From positions 167,186 through 231,185 of the forward strand of contig JAUCBJ010007028.1 of the NCBI GenBank assembly GCA_032718475.1: 64,000 bases of DNA, written 5' to 3'. Shown piece after piece: positions 35,112 to 46,835 of the stretch (positions are counted from its first letter, which is position 1; each line of letters starts with the position of its first letter). Source of the DNA: Nemertoderma westbladi. Lineage: Eukaryota > Animalia > Xenacoelomorpha. The notes beneath the pieces were generated by a model, which saw only the letters and a list, made by a program, of their open reading frames with translations, made no database searches and was not told the DNA's origin. The translations under genes and the position numbers were made by a program.

Positions 35112-38100
35112 CTAATTCTGTTTTGAGGCAGGAGACAAATTATAATCTCCCGTCTCGATGCGTGTCTCCTCTAATAACACGATATCCTGGACCGGTCGGT
35201 CCAAGGTGTGTAAACCATTAGTTTTACACTTCTTTGGGTGCGGACACTTGCACCTAATTTTCACCGTGACTGTGCGCATTATATTTTGCACGTCTGGGTG
35301 TGTATGCAAGATCACACCTGTCTCCCAATACTTTTTCTTGACAATCGGCTCGGTTATCAATACGTAATCTCCCCTTTGGAGACTCTGAACCGTTTTGTAC
35401 CACTTTGTTCTGGTGGATATGGTGGGAAGATAGTATTCCCGCCAATATTCCCAGAATGTGTACGCCACAAATTGAGTCATTTTCCAGCTTTTACGACTAT
35501 ATAGGTCGGCACTAATGGGTTCTGATGCCGGCACAAGAAACGCTGGATTCTGCATTAGCAAATGATTCGGCGTTAATGCAACACCGTCCGGTAACATAGC
35601 TATCGGCCTCGAGTTTAGTGTATGCTCGATTTCGATGAAAGCTGTGACCAGTTTGTCGTCGGTAAGTTGTTTGTTCACAGGCAACGTTTTTGCAATGGCC
35701 TGCTTTACAGAGCGAACCAAACGCTCCCAACTTCCTCCTCTCTAAGGACTTTCTGGAGTATTAAATCTCCACTCTACTCTTTGCGGCAAAAGTGCTGCAG
35801 AAATTTCTTTATTCTGCGCCGCCCTATGAGCCGCGTTTAACTCGCTGTTCCCCCCGACAAAGTTTGTACCCTTATCGGAGTAGAACGCCTTTACTAGTCC
35901 TCTCCTGGCCATAAATCTCTTTAAGGCCAGGAGCAGAGATTTGGTCGACATGTCTGCCACACGCTCAATGTGTATGGCTCTACTACCCATGCATGTCAGT
36001 AGCAGACCCCATCGCTTGTGGGTCAGCCGTCCACTATTTGCCTCAATCGGACCAAAACAATCCACCCCCGTGTTCGTAAAGGGTGGGTCATATGCCTGCA
36101 CTCTCACTTCCGGGAGTTCAGCCATCTCCTGTTCCAATACTCTGGCGTTCACTCTCTTGCAAACCAGACAGGCGTCGTACATAGTGCCGACTGCCCTGCT
36201 TGGCTGCAATAGAATGAATCGCTGCCTCGCTGCCGACAAACAGTGTAACTTTCCCGCATGATGCAACCTCTTGTGTATATCCCATAGAATCGCTCTTTGC
36301 AATTCTATTGGGTGACTAGGGATTATCACTGGGAACCGAAACTGTGAGTTTATGTCAACAGTCTGGATTCTCGATCTATGACAAATCAAACCCTTATGGA
36401 TTAATGGACTCCATTTTCTAAGGGGTTTATAGAGAACTGGTCGTTGAGCCGATAATAGATGGAATTCTTTGGGGAAGGCACATATTTTATAATGCTTCAA
36501 ATGCTTTAATTCCGCTTGATCAATCTCATCCTCTGTCAGAGGTTGTTTCAATTTCTGAATTCTCTCACTATTAGTGCTCGTTTGTTCTCCCAAATGTTTC
36601 GAATGTTTCAAACAAAGGTACAAAATGTATCAGCTTAACCACGCAGTTCTTTTACAAATTGTCAGCCAAGAGGCAGACAAATTTAGTAATTTGTCATAAA
36701 TACTGCATGACTCTAAAGCCAGCGACGGTTGTCCGCTAACTAATGGAAGTTTCGAATCCAAACCCACAGGTTTGGAAACCAAAGGATCCATTATGTCGGT
36801 CATTTTCTGTCCGTCACTTACCAACTGTGACCCTGGTGTACTCTGTAAGGGTGGTTTTATGTCATAACTTACCCTTCCGGACCTAGTAGTCACATAAGTC
36901 TGTTGGTCTGACAGGTCTCCGGGCCGCTCCAATGACTCTTCAGGCCGCTCCAATGACTCTTCAGGCCGCTCCAATGACTTAAGTTTGGCTTTAGACTTCG
37001 ACTTAGAGACTTTATCCACCTTGACTTCTGCATCTTCAGGCATCGGATTGGTCACTATCTTTAGTTGCTTTGGCCAATGTTCCTGTGTCCTCGTTAGAAA
37101 ATCAGGTCCATGCAACCAAAACTCCTGCGACTCTTCCTGACAGAATTCCGCCGGCATTGCACCTCTCGAAGTTATGTTGGCCGGGTTTAACACTCCCGGA
37201 CAATGTCTCCATTATTCCTTCGTCAAAAAGTCGACGATCTGAGCGCGTCTGTTGGCCACAAATGTCTTTAGTGCAATATTGTCAGCCGCAATGTATACTA
37301 ACACTAAGGATGCGTCCGTCCAATAGAATAAGGTCAATGTCGTGTCTAACTCCTCAGTTATCTGCTTACTTACCTCGACTGAAACCACAGCCGCCTGTAA
37401 CTCTGCACGAGGGACAGTCATGTATTTGACCAGCATTGTCTTTGATCTAGAAGTCACAAAGGCCGTCTCAAATTTATCCTGACTCACCTCTCGGCGAAGG
37501 TAGGCTACCATACCAAAGCCGGTGTCACTTGCGTCACTAAATAGGTGGAGTTTGAGATCAGCTGGGAATAGCAGCTGATTCGGAAAGTAGGAACGGGGTA
37601 CATCTATATTTTTCAATAGATGTAACTCGGCTTCCCACTCCCGCCACTGCTTTGCATGTATAGGAGATATTGGTTCGTCCCACTCTATGTCGGACAACCA
37701 AATTTTCCTCATGCACGCTCGTGCCTGTAATATTACCGGACTGATAAAGTTCATCGGGTCAAATAGTCTACTTAATGTCGATAAGCAGATTCTCTTAGTC
37801 AAAATTTTGTCTGGGCTACTGGGCTCAAATCTAACTCTTACCTGGAACTTATCTGAGTTCGGATTCCAAGCGAGTCCCAGTACTCGCGCCATGGGAATTG
37901 GTTCTACCCCCAATTCTATGTCTCCGCTCCCGCGATCCTTCACCGGGAACGACTCTAATAGGGCCTCCGAGTTCGTAGTGAACTTGGTCAGAGGAAATCC
38001 CCCTGTAGCCAAGCACTCCTGTAGGCCGTGAGCCACTTCTATGGCTTGTTCCGCCGTGTCCTTGGACACCAATCCGTCGTCCATATAGAAGTTTCTCAAG

Positions 38101-39760
38101 ATGGACTCGATTACTTCTACTGGATACTTACCAATCTGGGCTGTTGCCGTTTTCTTTAAAACAAACAGCGTGCCATTCGGACTATCGCGGGCGCCAAATA
38201 TCCTAACGTACATCTGGTATGTAACCACTGGGCGGATAAGTCTTCATTCTCATACCAGAGAAAGCGAAGGCTATCCTGGTCTGCCTTACAAGCTCTTACC
38301 TGGTGGAACATCGCCTCGATGTCACAAGTAAATGCAAATCGCCGCTGTCTAAAACGTAACAGTATTCCAATCAAGTTATTTAGGTTGGGACCATCCATCA
38401 ACTCTGAATTCAGGGACATGCCTCTATAGACTGCTGCGCAGTCGTTGACTACTCGGACTTTGTCTGGTTTGTCAGGGTGAGTCACATAGTGGTGTGGAAG
38501 GTAATAAGTCTGGTCTGTCACTAAGTCAGGGTCCTCTACCTTCCCAGCAAATCCCTTAGCGAAATAGTTGTTGATCTGGGCGCAATATTTCTCCCTAATG
38601 TCCGGATTCTTTATCAACCGAGCCCTTACTCTGTTCAATCTTTTCAAGGCTAAGCTGTAGTTGTTCTCCAACTTAGGTGGTTGTCGACGCCACAACATTC
38701 CAACTTCAAAATGTCCAGTCGGTAGTAGACGTATGGTATCTTCCATCATCTCCAGCGACCGCTTCTCATCAGTAGACATGGCTAGGTCATATCCACCGGG
38801 TTCCATTGCGTCCCTATCCAGCCATTCGACGGTTCTGGCTCCTGTCTCGAGGTCCTGGCATATCAATTCCCTCTGTAACTCCTCCTCACTGTATTGGAAA
38901 ATGTCTAGGTCTCGATATTTAGCCACTTGACCCTCCACTATGTCGGTATAAGTCAAAACGTTAGTCAGATAAGTAGCGTGGGCCGCTGAACCAGACCCAC
39001 GGGTCTGATAACAGTAGTCCTCGGGTTCACTATCTGTCCGGTCGTTGTGAAGTGGTTCCGACAACCTAACATTATCGGGAATCAACTCCTCGTCCGACTC
39101 GCTAAAGTCACTATAGTGGTCAATACAGGTTCTCCTAAACTCGTCTATATCTGGTGGTTCTACTAACGGTGGTTGAGTTATAGGCTGTAATTCATCGTAT
39201 CTCTCCATTGGCTTGTCGCCACCTGTAAACTCATAAGACATGGGTACTCTTGTATACCAACCTAGTATGGTCGGTCCTATGGGCATGTGGTCCATTGACA
39301 TGCGGCTCAGCTGGTCTCGTTTCCCATATCTGGTGTGCGATCAGCTGTTCTGCACCAATTAATATAGAAACATTCCTATAACCTACCTGGTGTCTCGGTA
39401 CTCTGAGCTTGTCAAAATACTCCTGTGCTATGGGACTCATTGGCGGCACCTTACCTAACTGCCTGCCGAATCCCTTCATAGCTAGACACTTAAATCCATC
39501 CAATGGCAAAGCTTTTCGTTCTTGTCGAGTATGTTGGTCTCTCGGAAGTAGGGAATCTAGTTCTACAGATATCCTGTGTCCCTTGAAGTCTCCTACCCCG
39601 TGCATAGACTTCAACTCTATTTGGATCTCCTCAGCGTTCTGGAAGCTAGAAACGGCTCTCGCCACTTCCTCGTCGATATACGACAATGTGGACGCAGTGT
39701 CCAACATCACATATATTTGCTTCGATCCCTTATCTCCAGTGAGTTTCACCGGAATCACGC
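35112..39760 (-). pseudogene. Element B pol (protease, RT, RNase H, integrase) with several frameshifts and stops
   Basis: MLDTAS; YYLPHH, KVRVVND, DIEAMF, YMDD; FSDAS, PRAEL; H..H..C..C, VDCFGP, SDKGTNF. Confidence 0.93.
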
Positions 39761-42700
39761 TAAATATTTCCGACGTTGCCGATGATAAATACGTCCGCAC
39801 GCTGGTCGATGAACTATCCGCGGTGAAACCTTGGCAGGTCACTTCTCTTGCGCTCGATTTGCCATCCTCGTCCGACGAACCTGGTTGGTAACCGTCGTCC
39901 TGGATGCCAGTGAACGTATTCCTCCTAATTGATACGGGTTCTTTGCTCCCCTTCCTGTGAGGATTTCGCTGTAAGTAACGGTCTGTTGGCGTATGGAAAT
40001 CCGCATGTAGCAACTTGTGATGTAGTCTGCCGCATTCCATGCATCTGTCCTTGCTGTTCGGGCACTGCCGCCGTACATGACCTGGCGCAAGACAAGCCCA
40101 ACAGGTGTCCAATGTCCGCACTTGAACTCTTCTCTGTTCCGAATTTAATTCTTTGAACCGTCTGCAACTATCCAACTTATGGTCGTCAGATCTTACCTCC
40201 TTTAGTAAGCAGAATTGGCAACCTACAAATCCATCCGGCAACTCCTGTTGCTTTATCCTAGGTCTATCTAACCGCTCACCTGACCATACTCGCGAGTCTG
40301 ATCTGAAGGCTGGGGTGCTCGAATTATATCTGTCTACTGAGTTAAATGTCACAGTGGTCCTGTCATCGTCAAAACTTACCATAGACTTACTGGTAACAGG
40401 TTTAGACTCTCTCATATTCTCCTCTGAGAAGTTTGATTTCATTTCTGCTACTGCGTCTGTGGCTATCATGTCATGAATGTGCTGAAGTATCAATACTTTA
40501 CCTTGGCCCTCCAACTTATTCTCTAATTTGCACCATTTATGTCTGTAACGCATGTTTAAACGTCTTATTACGCTTTTCAAAACTTCGGCGTGATCACCAT
40601 GATGAGGTAGATTCACCGTCCTCAAGATGTCCAATGCGTTCGAAATAGCGTTCGCTAAGTTCAACAGCTCTAACGGAGTTGTAATCCTTCCGCCCTTATC
40701 CAAGTCTTCCACTATCGACTGTGCCATCTTGGTTTTATTCCCGTAGATGTCGCTAAGCGTCTTCATTGCTAACTCGAATGCTCTTTCATCGCCAACGAAG
40801 TTGTCAGCAATGGCTCTAGGTTCTTGATGGAGCATCTGAAGCAAATAGTTGAACTTCTCGTTGGGAGTAAAGGTGCTGCTGGTTAACTGCTCGTCGACAT
40901 AGGTTTTAAAAGTCCTCCAGTGCTTGTGGTTACCCATAAACTTCTGGGGTTGTTGCGTTGGCAGTCCTTGCCTAGCAGCAAACTTACCTATGTCCCTAAG
41001 GGTTGCGTCGTTCCGGGTTAACAAATGGTTTAGTTCCGCAGGGTTGTTAAGTCTGGTCCTTTCCCGGTGGTTCAAACTTACCTGCTCCGCGTCCGTCCTT
41101 CTTTCCTTATAGTTTCGGGACTTCTGACGTCTCATTTCTTCCTCTTCATCGCTTGATTCGGTGTCAGTCCTTAGCGCTCGCGATGGTTTGCGCGCCGAGG
41201 CCCTGACCCAAGCCTCCTCAATAAATTTCTTGGCTGAGTTTTCGAAATTGGGATTATGGATATTCGGGACAGGCGTCCTTACCTGAGGTCTATGTGGTAT
41301 AGTCTCCTCTGATATGCGTACTCGTTGACTAGGTTGGACTTTGTCTAACTCAGGCCTGCTAAGATTAGAATTACTTCTTACCTGGGCTGCTTCCTTTAAT
41401 CGTAGGTTGCTAAGCATGTCCGTTATAGGTTGGATGTGCGGCGATATAGCTTGCGCTAAACTAGCACTCAACTCATCCCTCGTAATAAATTCCTGGCTAG
41501 GGTTCTGTTGCATAGTCGGCTCTATCTGAGTAACCCGCTGTCTCTCATATGATCCCTCTTCCGGTTTAACCCGGAAGTTCTCCGTCAAACTGGGTCGGCG
41601 CTCCGGTCGTGTATTCCAAACCCGCGGGTTCGGTTCGCCAAATACTCGGCCCGTCGAGTTTCTCCTCTAAATTCTTCGTTGTCGCGTTCGGTGTATAGTG
41701 GTGCGGTGTTCCGATGACGTGGATCCTGGGCGATGGGTGAAGCACTAATACCAACTGGCGTGCGATATGTAGAGAACGGTTTAGCGATCCGTGTACTCGT
41801 AATAGCTGGACCGGGTATAGGAATTCTGGTCGTCGTCGACTCGCATATGGTCGGAGTTCTCGCTTCCTGTTCAGCCATCTGCAGTGCGAACAGTTCTCGC
41901 AACTCTGTCCCTACACTCGCCCCACATTCTTCGATCATTCGCATCCCCTTCTCAGCGATTTCGTTCGCCTTCCTAGTCCGTTCTTCGCTCTCTAAACTTA
42001 ATCTCGCACTTTCCAACTGCACCAGTTTACGTTCTTCTTCTTCCCTCGCTCGTCTCGCTGCGCTCTCTTCTTCCACTCGCTCCTTTTCTTCATACAATGC
42101 GCGTCTTCTTTTCTCAATCTCGAGTTCGCGTTCCTTACGTTCGCGTTCGAGTTGAAGCTCGCATTCCTTCTGTTCACGTTCGAGTTTCTTGCGTTTGCGT
42201 TCAGCTTGGAGTTCGCATTTCTTCACTTCCTGTTCGCGTTCGAGTTGGAGTTCGCGTTTCTTTGCTTCCCGTTCGCGTTCAAGTTGGAGTTCGCGTTCTC
42301 TCTGTTCGCGTTCGAGTTCCTCGCGTTGGCGCTCGGGTTGGAGTTTGCATTCCTTTTGCTCGCGTTCCGCTCGCTCGCGCTTACTTATCTCTTCCAACTC
42401 TCGTAACTCCGCGTCCAACCTACGTGTGCGCTCCCGTTCCCGCTCGGCTTCCTTCCGTGCTTCCGATGCATGCAAAACTTCCGCCTGTTGTTCATCCAGT
42501 CGGCGTCTTCTCTCCTCCGCCGAGTTGCGAGAAACAAGGGATCGAGCACATATAACTTTCCCTCACGCGTGACTAACCTGGGAATCACCGCTGTCTCTGG
42601 ATGCATCGTCGGGTGGAGTCAACGTCCTCTGTTGAATGTTCTCCGTCGTCGGTAGCACCTGGCCTGGTACCACCACTCCACTCTGCATCAGCCAGCTAAT

Positions 42701-43526
42701 AACTTCCCTCTGATAACGGCGCTCTTCCTTATCTTGGATCTCTTCCCGCTCCACTAAGTCTCTTAACTCTACGTCACTCACCTGAGTCGCCTGCAATTGT
42801 GATGCCCATAGCAGCCAGTTCTCCGTCCTAACTCGCCGAAGTCGCTCTGATAACGCGCGGTGCTCCAACAGGGCTGCCAAAACCCTATCATAAACCCTCG
42901 TCGCCACGTCGCTCGACTGAGACTCTACTGCCTTCTTCGCTAGGACTGCAAGCTCCTCCGTCTGCTTGAATAACGCTGAGTTATATCCTCTTCTAATCTC
43001 TACTAACTCTACCCTCCCGATGTTCGCTGAATCAGCTAACATCTTCCTTACCTTGTCCATCGTCCGAGTTATATGTCCAGCGTGCGTGTGAAGTTTCTTC
43101 TTTATCGCAATGTCTAGTTCTCTCTCGCTTACCTGACTTACACTTGGTGGACTTGAAGGATTATTTCGGGAACTACGGGTACTCCTTACAGCCGTTGGGA
43201 CCACGGCACTTACCATACCCACAGGTCTGGAAACCGGGCTCGGGCTCTCGCTTCTGCTACACTACCCTCCCTTCACTCACCTCTGTCCGGGCTGCTGTGC
43301 GGTCCTTCCTTACGGTAGTGGTAGGGGATCCTAATAATATTACTTGAGGTTGTTGTTCTTCCTCACTGGTCACTGTCTCGTCCTCCTGTTTGCTTACGTC
43401 AGCGTCGCTCGCTGCGTCGTCATAGTCGGCATTGTCGTCAACAGTAATATTTACGCTATCGTCAGTCGGCGGTCCAGCCGCCGTCTCATAGCTGTCCTCT
43501 AGTGCCTCCTTGTCTGAGGCACTCAT
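39761..43526 (-). pseudogene. Element B gag (long E/R coiled coil, capsid-like domain, BEL triple Cys/His array)
   Basis: ORFs 43257-43526, 42563-43222, 41585-42475 and part of 39231-41588; KF.G...W..F, EKFNYL; CQFC..H....C, CWACL..GH....C, CMECG..HH.LLH. Confidence 0.88.
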
Positions 43527-44618
43527 AGTCTAAATAATGTTTGCCTTCCGGCAAAAATCTCGCAAAATTTCGAGATATAATTATAATTTAACCAAAAATA
43601 CGGTCAAATTATTTGTCTAATAATCAGTTGGTCCAAAATGTCAAATAAATTCGCAATGCAATATTGTGAATTTAATGGGTTATATAGTTATAGCAAATAC
43701 TAGCACAATATTTAAACAAAAATATTATTATATAGCTACTATAGCAATTAAATACCGGTATGACACAAAATAACTTTTGAATCTAATACAAAATATTCAA
43801 AATAAACTTGCCACCCGAATATTTCTAATTTTACATATATAGCTCTAATCAACGTAATTTTAATTTCAAATATTATATGTATCCACTAACGCGTGGCTAC
43901 ATCTTCGGGTTGCGACTCTCTCTAACTCTCTCTCTAACTTGAGCGATTCAAAAAACCATGGCCGGCTAAACCTAAATATCCTAACTAATAAATTGAGTTC
44001 AGCTTCGCAGTTAAACAACCGATAATATTTTACTGCTTCCACAAACACAATGGTGCCAACAGAACAACCAACCTTGTTTGCTGTGAGATTCCACGTCCGC
44101 GTCCAAAGTTTCAGTTCCTTCGCTGATTGCAAACCGAACCCGCAGACCCACACGAACCCCAAACTTAGAAGCTCCGTCTTGCCATGTATCTCCAGATGGT
44201 ATAAAATAACTAAGCGGTTACCTAACATACCGGTACAAAACTCTAGAATTTTACAAATAATTTTGACCAAAACTGAATTCTCGCAAACCTAGCTAAAATT
44301 TTCAAAAAACTTACTAATTACAGTTTGCCCTAAGGCCTAAGGAACTGCTGTATTCGCAATTAGTAAAAACGCAATACCGTACATCCACTGTACGCAGTAC
44401 AGTAAGTAAAACAGTACACCAACCTAACAGCGTAATTGATACTGTGTGTGGTACGGCAAAACAAATGTCCCTTCTACCGTACGCAGTAACAGCAATCAGC
44501 CTAATGTACTACTGTACTATTGTATGCAACCAGTGAATACAGTAATCTAAACTAATCAGCCTAAGAATACTCTATTTACTGTACGCTACAGCCTACAGCA
44601 AACAAAAACACGTATTAC

Positions 44619-46830
44619 TGATAAACAACCGCGACACCTATACTAACAGCAGAACTGTTGAACAGACAAATACCCGTATACTTCTCTGCCAACCTAATGA
44701 GCTCTCGCCTAACCAAAAAGACACAAAGACTGCCCTACTGTTAAGTAAAGGGGATCAGGAGCGTGCTATTACTAAATGTAGGGCTGCTAAATACAATACC
44801 GCTACTTACCGTTAGATGGCGCTAATCTGCCATCCGCTAATATATTTCACTAAATTTACACGGCTCCTGCAAAATCGCTTGTTCCTTTCTCTACCGATCG
44901 CTCGATAGAGAGCTAACTGTTCGAATTTATGAGCCACGCGGGAATAACCAAAACAATAAACCTGAGTCGGCTCCCTAAGCTTACTTAAGACGAGTGCGAG
45001 AGGCTTTGCACTCAGAGTATTCTTACGCCTAATTTTATCACTATCGAAGCACGCTATTGCCTACGCCTTTTCTAATCGCGAATACGGGGGGTTCCCTAAC
45101 AGAATGTATGAATGCGAGAATATTTAAATAATCAAAATGATACAGTAATTTGTCTCTAAGTGGATAATACAGCTCTGGGTCTAAACTTGCCTGCAGCTGG
45201 CTTTAGGCCAGCAAATTACTAGTGTGTTGTGCGTACTGAATAATGCGATCTAGCTTATTGCCCGCTAATGCAAATAACCGCTTAGCGTGAATAGTTTACA
45301 GTACCCTAATTATTACTTTAGCTATTCTCCGCTATGCTGCGTACTAATTCTTAATTTTACTAATCAATTACAGTCACAAATATGTAACAGCGTACTAATT
45401 ACTAAGAGTTCCAGAATGCGTAATTCTAATTTATTACACAACAGGTTTCGCTAGTAATAGCCTAAAATGCCGTATTACTTTGACCTAATCAGTGATTAAT
45501 TGTTGTAACTAAGAAATTGAAATCAATCAAAGAGAAAGGCGCCTACCTAAGCATTCGTAATCATAGGCACACTTCAGTAACACACCAATCAGCGTCAGCA
45601 ATCACAGCTCGCAATTATGCAGTTAACTACTGTGTAGCCCACAGTTGTGCGATTCACTCTTCGTACTCCACACTTCACTCTGTAATACGTGCAGGCCTCT
45701 CCCGGGTACATCTAGGCTTCCTAACCAACCCGATTCCTGCCCCCCTAATACTAAATAGAGACGAAACCTGGATCATCAGCCCCCTAATTACTGTACCGGC
45801 GAATGGTCTGCATGCTACAGTGCGAAACGCCCGACCGCAACGGTGACCCCCCGCCAGCGTTGCCCGCCTTTGAATCCTCCGCTCTCCCTTAGTCGCCCAA
45901 CCCCCCGATGCGCCCACCGCCTACCGGCACCTTAGCCCTTCATTTATTTGAATAGCTACCGTAGCGGCGCATGCAAAATCACAAAAGTCTGACAGTCTCA
46001 GAAAATCCCTTAGGATTATTGCGTAGAAATGAATCACATAGAACCATTAACAAAAGAGGTAGAAATCATAGTTCCGATTGTAATTAGCAGTAATCGACAG
46101 GATTGATTGAGAAACGCAATTGAGAATAGTAGCACTAACTAATCATTTCAAGAAATTAATCAAAAAATAGCAAATTGCAGAATTACGCAAAATTATACTT
46201 CTAACTTAATGGTACGTAACAGATAGCAAAAATGGATTGAGTTGGAAGGTGGTGGTGGAACTACAGCTCTACCGGCAAACTGCCAATTTATAGGTGATCC
46301 GAGTGGGGTGATGCAATAAGGGTGACGCAATCGCTCTCCTATTGGCTCTCCAGTCCGCGCTAGCATTAGACCAACCTGGAAGCAGTTAGTCCAATAAGAA
46401 GGCCGGATTTTAGCCCTATTGCTTCTCAAACCCTCAAATTATTACCATATATGGTAATGGATCATGTCCCTGGCTGCGGAATGGTCAGGATAGCGTCCCT
46501 ATATGCTAGCCCTATCGAAGCTAATAACAGCAAGCACATATCCAGGGTCCAACTGAACTCGCTACCCTGGAACTATCTACCTATATCTTAATACAAAATT
46601 ACGTAGGTAGGGCTACATACTATACAAAATGGATGAATTCAAAATATATGGGCGTTTCAATTTCCATATCTAAATATCACTGCGCTATTATGCCTTATCT
46701 AAAATATTATACTGCACAACGGACTAATATTGCGTACAGTATAACGGACTAATATATTATACTGCATAATGGACCAATATATTATACTGTATAATGGCTA
46801 ATAATGTGTACAGCGCCATATACCGTAACA
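44619..46830 (-). repeat. 5' LTR of B (2212 bp)
   Basis: Minus strand TGTTACGG...GTTTATCA; direct repeat of 28771-30286. Confidence 0.95.
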
Positions 46831-46835
46831 GACGG

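Larger units (their letters stand above)
28771..46830 (-). mobile_element. Full-length BEL/Pao LTR retrotransposon B (18 kb) with extra ORF3
   Basis: Two near-identical LTRs with TG..CA ends; TSD GACGG at 28766-28770 and 46831-46835; PPT GGAGCGG at 30287-30293. Confidence 0.95.

Noticed and set aside
41733-42655. Plus-strand ORFs opposite the gag coiled coil (also 53166-53538 and many short antisense ORFs)
   Set aside because: Shadow frames of repetitive coding sequence with no motifs of their own.
44049-44062. TGGTGCCAAC as the PBS of element B
   Set aside because: Wrong strand and about 560 bp from the LTR end.
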